Positions 1-4,764 of a DNA stretch of 7,994 nt are shown piece by piece. Both the position numbers and the translations under genes were made by a program. Position 1 is the stretch's first letter, and the number at the start of each line of letters is the position of its first letter. Under the pieces are notes generated by a model. It was not told the DNA's origin, did no database searches, and saw only the letters and a list, made by a program, of their open reading frames with translations. Source of the stretch: Nostoc punctiforme NIES-2108 (GTDB lineage Bacteria; Cyanobacteriota; Cyanobacteriia; Cyanobacteriales; Nostocaceae); contig LXQE01000136.1 in NCBI GenBank assembly GCA_003326195.1, positions 300,047 to 308,040 on the forward strand. The letters run 5' to 3'.

Positions 1-84
1 GTACTGTTTATCCTTGATAGACAAGGCTTTCAGAAGAGAGCGTTTGCTCAATTTAGTCAAGAATTAGTCAAGGGTAAATTCTGA
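1..84 (+). CDS. 3' end of an unidentified CDS running in from the left edge (…[27 protein letters not shown])
   Basis: Frame 1 is open from base 1 to a TGA at 82-84. It is only 27 codons, with no recognisable motif. Confidence 0.3.
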   Translation, partial: VLFILDRQGFQKRAFAQFSQELVKGKF

Positions 85-97
85 AGGGCTGAGAGAG

Positions 98-150
98 TGG
101 GTGACGAGGGAATCGAACCCGCAACCAATAGATTAAGAGTCTATTGCTCT
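98..150 (-). pseudogene. tRNA-Lys(CUU) 3' fragment: part of the D-stem, anticodon arm, variable loop, T-arm, 3' acceptor strand and discriminator. The 5' half is missing.
   Basis: The reverse complement reads AGAGCA-ATAGA-CTCTTAA-TCTAT-TGGTT-GCGGG-TTCGATT-CCCTC-GTCACCC-A. The 5-bp anticodon stem is perfect and has a 7-nt loop with U33, anticodon CUU and A37. The T-loop is the canonical TTCGATT, with one C.U mismatch in the T-stem. The overall string closely resembles bacterial tRNA-Lys as I recall it. The required 5' acceptor strand (GGGTGAC, i.e. gtcaccc on +) is absent at 164-170, and the D-loop lacks GG. Confidence 0.6.
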
Positions 151-172
151 GAATGAGTAGCAATTAGGTAGC

Positions 173-193
173 GCGATCGCCAACTGCGATCGC
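173..193. repeat. Two HIP1 octamers (GCGATCGC) separated by 5 nt, able to form an 8-bp GC-rich hairpin
   Basis: GCGATCGC occurs at 173-180 and 186-193 with the spacer CAACT. The octamer is self-complementary, so the two copies can pair. Confidence 0.8.
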
Positions 194-221
194 TAAAAAT
201 CGGGACAAGGCATAGCTATCT

Positions 222-243
222 TGAGTAGTAAATGAGTAGTAAA
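222..243. repeat. Perfect tandem duplication of an 11-bp unit (TGAGTAGTAAA x2)
   Basis: The sequences at 222-232 and 233-243 are identical. A related copy, aATGAGTAGcAA, lies at 152-163. Confidence 0.9.
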
Positions 244-283
244 ATCGGAATGTAGCCTCGAAAACGTTGCGTAGAGTAAATAA

Positions 284-1492
284 GTGAGCAGTGTATTAGG
301 ATTGATGCTCTTATCCTTGACAATTTGGTTAGGATTACTGTGTTTTTGGGGACAGTTTTGGCGGACAGACCAGCAATTAGAGGTTACAGAAACTCAGCTA
401 GAATCGTTACCTGTAGTTTGTGCCGTGGTTCCAGCCCGTAACGAAGCGGAGTTAATACCAACTAGTTTGCGATCGCTCCTACTCCAAGATTATCCTGGTT
501 CTTTAAACGTGTTTTTAGTAGACGATCGCAGCACAGACCGAACAGCAAATTTTGCCGAAGGGGTTGCACACGCTGTAGGTAAACCCCAGCAATTGCATAT
601 TATCTCAGGTGAATCACTGCCTCCTGGTTGGTCGGGCAAACTTTGGGCAGTTGAGCAAGGTATAAACAGTGCGAGTAAATTTGCACCCGATTATTTTTTG
701 CTGACCGACGCAGACATCGAACACGATCCTGGTAATCTTCGCCGACTCGTTGCGAAAGCTGTGCAGGAAGATTTAGATATGGTTTCGGTAATGGTGCGAC
801 TCAGGTGTGAAAGCTTTTGGGAAAAACTTTTGATTCCAGCTTTCGTCTTTTTCTTCCAAAAACTCTATCCTTTTCGCTGGGTGAATAATCCCAACAATCC
901 CACAGCCGCTGCCGCTGGAGGATCAATCCTGATCGCCCGTGAAGCTTTAGAGCGAATCGGGGGTATTCAAGTCATTCGCCAAGCTTTAATTGACGATTGC
1001 GCCCTGGCTAAAGCTGTTAAGAAGAGTGGGGGACAAGGGGACAGGGAGAATAACCCAATGCTTAGTCAAGGTCGTATCTGGCTAGGATTGAGTAGCTTGA
1101 CTCGCAGTTTGCGTCCTTATGACTCGCTGGCGACGATTTGGGATATGGTTGCTCGTAGTGCTTATACCCAATTGAATTATTCGCCATTACTACTATTGGG
1201 AACTTTGCTGGGAATGCCTCTGATTTATTTAGCTCCACCTATATGTGTGATTCTGGGTGCAGTTTGGAGCAATTGGGCGATCGCACTTACAGGTATATTA
1301 GGATGGCTGTTAATGACTTTTGCTTACTACCCGACAATCCGCTTTTATAAATGTTCTCCCTGGTTCGCATTGAGCTTACCTGCGATCGCTTTTCTCTATA
1401 CCCTAATGACTCTAGACTCAGCACTACGTCACTGGCAAGGGCGCGGCGGCGCTTGGAAAGGAAGAGTTTACCCCAACTCAGATAGTTTATAG
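284..1492 (+). CDS. Family-2 glycosyltransferase with an N-terminal TM anchor and C-terminal TM segments, resembling the hopanoid-associated HpnB subfamily
   Basis: GT2 signatures are present: VVPARNEAELI, QDYPG, VDDRSTDRT, WSGKLWA, LTDADIEHD and LIPAFVFFFQKLYPF, followed by AAAGGSILI and IDDCALA. The N-terminus (LLSLTIWLGLLCFW) and C-terminus are hydrophobic. The start is GTG at 284 or ATG at 305. The HpnB assignment is from my memory of the family consensus, not from a search. Confidence 0.85.
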   Translation: MSSVLGLMLLSLTIWLGLLCFWGQFWRTDQQLEVTETQLESLPVVCAVVPARNEAELIPTSLRSLLLQDYPGSLNVFLVDDRSTDRTANFAEGVAHAVGKPQQLHIISGESLPPGWSGKLWAVEQGINSASKFAPDYFLLTDADIEHDPGNLRRLVAKAVQEDLDMVSVMVRLRCESFWEKLLIPAFVFFFQKLYPFRWVNNPNNPTAAAAGGSILIAREALERIGGIQVIRQALIDDCALAKAVKKSGGQGDRENNPMLSQGRIWLGLSSLTRSLRPYDSLATIWDMVARSAYTQLNYSPLLLLGTLLGMPLIYLAPPICVILGAVWSNWAIALTGILGWLLMTFAYYPTIRFYKCSPWFALSLPAIAFLYTLMTLDSALRHWQGRGGAWKGRVYPNSDSL

Positions 1493-1649
1493 CTGGGATA
1501 AAATTAGATTTAAAAATTTGAATCAAGAAGCAAAAGACTTTATTCAAAATAAGATGGATTTACGTATTGATAATAAAAACAAGCCAATTGATTCACCTTC
1601 TAAATCATCTTTACTAGCTGAAACTTCAATAACTCATGATTTAGTAGAT

Positions 1650-2264
1650 TCAGCGATTTCTGTAGTATGGCCCTTGGATGATCTCACCATCTGGAAACGA
1701 GGTTTCCAAGAACAGAGCGCCTCTGCTACTGGGGAAGAGCATTCCAGTTTGTTCCAAGGGTGGAATGCCCAATTTCTTGGCTCCACTGAAATCAGTATTG
1801 GTCAGGATAGTCCAATCCAATTTAATCCCAGCGAACTCAACATCACTCAAATTAGCACTGTCCAAAACAGCCCCCGTAAAATCAGCATTGGTCAGGTTAG
1901 CGCCATCCAAGGAGGAGCAAGCCAAATTAGCACATCTCAGGTTAGCGCTGGTCAAGTTGGCATTAGACAAAATTGCCCCTCTCAAATCGACACCTCGCAA
2001 ATTGGTGTAACTCAAATTGGCACGCATCAACCTAGCATCTTCAAGATTGACACCGATCAGGTCAGCCCCTTCCAAGTTGGCATCCTCCAGAAAAATATAT
2101 GCCAAATTAGCTTTTCTCAAACTAGCTCTAGCCAAATTAGCTCCCCTCAACTTGGCTTCACTCAAATTAGCTCTAACCAAGTTAGCTCCTTCCAAGTCAA
2201 CCCCACTAAAATCTCTCTCCCCAGCAGCATATCGCTGGAGCAACTCCTCAGCAGTTATCCTCAT
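1650..2264 (-). CDS. Pentapeptide-repeat protein (204 aa, about 29 uninterrupted A(D/N)LXX pentads)
   Basis: Pentads run continuously from FSGVD LEGAN LVRAN LSEAK LRGAN … to LTNTD FSGAK. The N-terminus MRITAEELLQRYAAGERDFSG is typical of the cyanobacterial family. A GGAGG Shine-Dalgarno (2272-2276 on +) lies 7 nt upstream of the ATG. Confidence 0.93.
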   Translation of the reverse strand: MRITAEELLQRYAAGERDFSGVDLEGANLVRANLSEAKLRGANLARASLRKANLAYIFLEDANLEGADLIGVNLEDARLMRANLSYTNLRGVDLRGAILSNANLTSANLRCANLACSSLDGANLTNADFTGAVLDSANLSDVEFAGIKLDWTILTNTDFSGAKKLGIPPLEQTGMLFPSSRGALFLETSFPDGEIIQGPYYRNR

Positions 2265-2384
2265 CTATACACCTCCGCAATAAATTCTGGAATGAACTAT
2301 ATTTGGATTTTAGTAACATTAACATCTCTTAAGTTTACTAAATTCCCTATTGCTCTAGGAGCAGAATTGGACTTGATCTTATAT

Positions 2385-2798
2385 CTACGGGTACTGTCCT
2401 TGACTTATCAACACTTGTCGAGAAAGCACCCGATTGGGAACATTAAATTGAAGTAACCTTGCAGTCCCTTGACCAATCTGAGTTTTTCCTTCTATCCTGG
2501 CATTTTCAAGATAAAAATGTTCATCCCAAACTAGGCGGCGGGGATTAAACAATGGGACAATTTCTTCAGTAAGCTGGTCTATAGTAGCGAAATCAGAGCC
2601 TTTGTGACGGTTACAAGATAAACATGAAAGTGCCAAATTCTCAGCAGTAGTTTCACCCCCATGTTTGACGGCAATAATATGGTCTACTTCATGGGTATAA
2701 ATAGAAAAATTTTGATGGATTCAGCAATATTCACAGCGTGCTGAAGCTCTCTGCGTCACTAACCTACGGAGTTCTACAGAAATCGAATTAGAAGTCAT
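2385..2798 (-). pseudogene. HNH endonuclease (McrA-like, 137 codons) interrupted by an in-frame TGA at codon 26 (2721-2723)
   Basis: Hand translation from ATG 2798-2796 gives MTSNSISVELRRLVTQRASARCEYC*IHQNFSIYTHEVDHIIAVKHGGETTAENLALSCLSCNRHKGSD… One frame (414 nt) is continuous with the 83-aa track ORF. It contains CxxC…CxxC and the H-N-H residues (DH, ENL, NRHK). The track ORF 2385..2636 begins at a TTG inside the HNH motif and would lack the first catalytic His. Confidence 0.8.
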
Positions 2799-2799
2799 A

Positions 2800-3180
2800 T
2801 TAGCTGATTGCAGAATAAGCTCGTGCTTTTAATAAAATCATCAAATGTTCTAGCTGCTCGTAAACATCTAATTCTGCTAATTCCATTTGACTGAGTGTTG
2901 CAGAGCGATTTTTTTCTAGTAATTCTTGTAGGCGTGTTTGAGATTGAAATGAAACTTTAAAATTAATAATTTGTTCTGGTTTTGGCCCCTTAATTAAAAA
3001 ATCAATAACTTCTTGATAAACTGCTGGAATATTTGTAGTCTCAGGATTAACTGTTGGCTGAATATTTGTTGGTATATTAACAACGTCTAGTAATCGCCAA
3101 AGCAATTCGGGTAAGCGATTTTGCAGAGGTTCTAAACGTTGAGCTAGTTCATCGGGAATTTGAATGGTGAATTCTGCCAT
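2800..3180 (-). CDS. Hypothetical 126-aa protein, a possible antitoxin-like or partner protein of the downstream HNH gene
   Basis: The ORF is clean and starts at ATG. The N-terminus MAEFTIQIPDELAQRLEPL resembles the beta-strand/helix openings of RHH-type antitoxins. The C-terminus (LSQMELAELDVYEQLEHLMILLKARA) looks helical. Its TAA (2802-2800) is 1 nt from the HNH ATG. Confidence 0.75.
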   Translation of the reverse strand: MAEFTIQIPDELAQRLEPLQNRLPELLWRLLDVVNIPTNIQPTVNPETTNIPAVYQEVIDFLIKGPKPEQIINFKVSFQSQTRLQELLEKNRSATLSQMELAELDVYEQLEHLMILLKARAYSAIS

Positions 3181-3242
3181 TGGTGCTTTTGTTGCGATTT
3201 TGCACTTTTAAGAATATGTGTTGTATCCTAATTATAGCTTTC

Positions 3243-3320
3243 AAATCTACGTCCGCATCAGATGCCATTGTTTTGATACGGGCATCACACCCCAAGACTT
3301 AGCGGCACGTAGATTTTTTT
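3243..3320 (+). terminator. Orphan long-range stem (14 bp with one bulge) enclosing an inner hairpin, followed by T7. Terminator-like or the 3' end of a small RNA.
   Basis: Positions 3243-3256 (aaatctacgtccgc) pair with 3302-3316 (gcggCacgtagattt), with C3306 bulged. An inner stem gatgcc (3261-3266) pairs with ggcatc (3281-3286). The T-run is 3314-3320. No + strand gene lies upstream for it to terminate. Confidence 0.3.
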
Positions 3321-3432
3321 GGGATCGCCCGTTTTATATTTCATCAGTGATTTGTCCTTCTCAAAAGCGATCAAATTATAAGGCACGAAAGCTAAAACTA
3401 AAGTAAGCCAAAAGTGGTTAATTAAAAGAATT

Positions 3433-3669
3433 ATGACAACCGCAACACCAACAATTAATCCTGTTACTGTCCCCAAAAAGCTGCCTTTTCTGGAGTCAAT
3501 TTGTTGGCAAACTGCTGATGTCTATCGCTTTACTCCAGTACAAATGCTGAGTCGCTACGAGCGTGGTTGGCAATATCGCAACCTATTTAATAATCTTGAG
3601 GGTGAAGAACTCAATTTTCTTCAGGAACTCGCCAGACGCTATAAATCCTGGTTGCAAGTTTATTTATGA
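3433..3669 (+). CDS. Hypothetical 78-aa protein, a possible orphaned antitoxin-like partner
   Basis: The ORF starts at ATG and has non-repetitive, protein-like sequence (ICWQTADVYRFTPVQMLSRYERGWQYRNLF…LQELARRY). Its stop overlaps the next ATG (ATGA at 3666-3669). A plausible sigma70-like promoter, TTGTCC (3352-3357)-N18-TTATAA (3376-3381), lies upstream. Confidence 0.55.
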   Translation: MTTATPTINPVTVPKKLPFLESICWQTADVYRFTPVQMLSRYERGWQYRNLFNNLEGEELNFLQELARRYKSWLQVYL

Positions 3670-3743
3670 TCTCCAGATTTGAACATCATAATAAAATTCT
3701 CACAGTTCTTGAATCCTTAGATTCTGACATACTATCGATCTAG
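3666..3743 (+). pseudogene. 25-codon stub (MISRFEHHNKILTVLESLDSDILSI*), possibly the N-terminal remnant of a nucleotidyltransferase-type (AbiEii-like) toxin
   Basis: The ATGA overlap with the upstream ORF indicates former translational coupling. The peptide resembles, from my memory, N-termini of AbiEii/AbiGii-family nucleotidyltransferases (…HH.kIl.vL..ld..ll…). Only about 100 nt remain before the convergent ArsR gene, so the body of the gene is absent. Confidence 0.3.
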
Positions 3744-3844
3744 CTGTTCTCAGGCTGCGATCGCCAATACCTCAAGTATCAATTGAGAAAGCTGAAAAAT
3801 CTTATCAGGTTATGCGCCCTTTGAAAAGAGCGATCGCACTCTTT

Positions 3845-4195
3845 CTAAATCCTTGAAGCTATTTGTTTAGTACTAACAGGGCTAACAGGTAATGGTTGAG
3901 CAGCTTTCAATACCACATCCAACAACCCTGGAAACAACACCTCTAAATCTTCACGCCGTAGTATGTTAATATGATGTGTCCCTTCTTTGCGTGTCAAGAC
4001 TATCCCCGACTCCCGCAAAATCTTAAAATGATTGGACATCGTAGACTTAGCGATCGCAAAATCAAACTTCGCACAGCATTGTTCCCCCTCAGTCGCCAGC
4101 AGCCGCACAATCTCCAGCCGCACGGGATCGCCCAATGCATACAACACGCCTGGTAAAGAAATATTTTTTCTATCTGGATGATAAAGGAATCTCAT
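3845..4195 (-). CDS. ArsR/SmtB-family winged-helix transcriptional regulator with a vicinal Cys-Cys at the alpha3 position
   Basis: LYALGDPVRLEIVRLL, then EQCCAKF, then KSTMSNHFKILRESGIV match the ArsR HTH layout. The CC occupies the position of the ELCVCDL metal site of classical ArsR. Confidence 0.92.
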   Translation of the reverse strand: MRFLYHPDRKNISLPGVLYALGDPVRLEIVRLLATEGEQCCAKFDFAIAKSTMSNHFKILRESGIVLTRKEGTHHINILRREDLEVLFPGLLDVVLKAAQPLPVSPVSTKQIASRI

Positions 4196-4228
4196 AGTTG
4201 CATTATCTCATCAGGTGGCATATATTTT

Positions 4229-4253
4229 TATTATTCGATATTATCGAATAATA
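4229..4253. promoter_or_regulatory. Perfect 12-1-12 palindrome TATTATTCGATA-T-TATCGAATAATA in the arsR-like/trx divergent intergenic region, a candidate operator
   Basis: All 12 arm positions are complementary, checked base by base. It lies 34 nt upstream of the regulator ATG and 23 nt upstream of the thioredoxin ATG. It overlaps or abuts -10-like hexamers on both strands (TATATT at 4221-4226 on +, TATTAT on -). Confidence 0.6.
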
Positions 4254-4275
4254 GAATTAAGTAGGAAGGCAATTT

Positions 4276-4599
4276 ATGTCATCCATTACAAACGTCACAG
4301 AAGCCACATTCAAGCAAGAAGTCTTGGAAAGTGAAATTCCGGTATTAGTGGACTTTTGGGCACCGTGGTGCGGCCCTTGCCGGATGGTGGGCCCAGTCGT
4401 CGATGAAGTTGCTGCTGAATACGAAGGACAGGTGAAATTTGTGAAGTTGAACACAGATCAAAATCCTACTGTCGCTAGCCACTATGGAATTCGCAGCATT
4501 CCGACGTTGATGGTTTTTAAAGGAGGTCGCCAGGTCGATACTGTCGTAGGGGCGGTTCCAAAAACTACCTTGAATAAGACCTTAGCACAGCATCTTTAA
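4276..4599 (+). CDS. trxA: Thioredoxin (m-type, 107 aa)
   Basis: The WCGPC active site is present. It shows near full-length resemblance to Anabaena/E. coli TrxA ([33 protein letters not shown]). An AGGAAGG RBS lies 6 nt upstream of the ATG. Confidence 0.97.
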   Translation: MSSITNVTEATFKQEVLESEIPVLVDFWAPWCGPCRMVGPVVDEVAAEYEGQVKFVKLNTDQNPTVASHYGIRSIPTLMVFKGGRQVDTVVGAVPKTTLNKTLAQHL

Positions 4600-4651
4600 T
4601 CTAGGTACTATTGTGAGATGCATTTAGTTTGCAGTCTTCTTTAGAGGGAGC

Positions 4652-4714
4652 CAGGAGTCTAAATACATAAGACTCCTGACTCCTGACTTCTGACCGGAGG
4701 CGGAGCGTCTCCGG
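4652..4714 (+). terminator. Two hairpins downstream of trx (caggagtc/gactcctg and ccggag/ctccgg), weak terminator candidates
   Basis: An 8-bp stem at 4652-4659/4671-4678 has an 11-nt loop. A 6-7-bp stem at 4694-4699/4709-4714 is followed by cttt. Neither has a clean U-tract. Confidence 0.3.
4671..4694. repeat. STRR-like heptamer tandem repeat (GACTCCT GACTCCT GACTTCT GAC), with an inverted copy at 4651-4659
   Basis: Direct reading of the sequence. A second heptamer pair, AATTCTG x2, lies at 4726-4739. Confidence 0.85.
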
Positions 4715-4764
4715 CTTTGCTCCTAAATTCTGAATTCTGTTTCAACTAATGGGGAAAAAGCGAA

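Noticed and set aside
164-195. The double-HIP1 hairpin as a Rho-independent terminator
   Set aside because: It has a strong 8-bp GC stem but no T-tract on either strand (TAAAAAT on +, GCTACCT on -), so it is recorded only as a repeat or hairpin.
1287-1547. An 86-aa - strand ORF overlapping the 3' end of the glycosyltransferase
   Set aside because: It lies almost entirely inside a well-supported CDS on the other strand and has no motif. Its AT-rich tail runs into the convergent intergenic region.
1800-2230. Periodic near-identical DNA words (…CAAATTAGC…) that could be mistaken for a tandem-repeat or CRISPR-like array
   Set aside because: The period is about 15 to 30 nt with degenerate units and no unique spacers. 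It is fully explained by the pentapeptide-repeat coding sequence.
1518-2456. A 312-aa + strand ORF (the longest ORF in this region) with repetitive SQIS/SQVS/TQI motifs, plus the nested + ORFs 1678..2010 and 2017..2283
   Set aside because: They are antisense shadows of the pentapeptide-repeat gene. The 15-nt coding periodicity of A(D/N)LXX keeps the opposite strand free of stops. The - strand product has an unmistakable family signature, a strong GGAGG RBS and a typical N-terminus, whereas the + strand products are low-complexity with no recognisable domain.
2385-2636. The 83-aa track ORF treated as a stand-alone HNH-like gene
   Set aside because: It starts at a TTG that is simply the Leu codon of ENLALSC inside the HNH motif. 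The frame continues upstream for another 54 codons to an ATG at 2798, with only one TGA in between. It is therefore the tail of a disrupted 137-codon gene.
2721-2723. The in-frame TGA in the HNH gene read as selenocysteine
   Set aside because: I see no obvious SECIS-like hairpin immediately downstream. Cyanobacteria are generally considered to lack the Sec machinery, and a Sec directly after a zinc-binding CxxC has no precedent I know of. A nonsense mutation, sequencing error or leaky stop is more parsimonious.
3285-3476. A 63-aa hydrophobic - strand ORF (a possible small membrane peptide or type I toxin) and its antisense partner ORF 3218..3406 (+)
   Set aside because: Its only start is a TTG located 44 nt inside the 78-aa + strand gene. 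The hydrophobic N-terminus is the antisense reading of the Thr/Pro-rich start of that gene. No RBS is evident. The 62-aa + ORF is Cys/Arg-rich junk spanning the structured intergenic element. The idea is kept only as an alternative in the 3243-3320 finding.
3815-3845. An imperfect palindrome (cgccctttgaaaagagcg) and an AAAGAG/CTCTTT stem around a HIP1 site, as a bidirectional terminator between the stub and the ArsR gene
   Set aside because: The stems are short and A/T-rich, with a mismatch and no clean U-run. It is plausible but not strong enough to list as a feature.
3971-4156. A 61-aa + ORF inside the ArsR-like gene, and the 65-aa - ORF 4257..4454 inside trx
   Set aside because: Both are antisense to strongly supported genes. 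Their composition (Cys/Arg/Gln-rich, Thr/Ser-rich) is typical of shadow frames.
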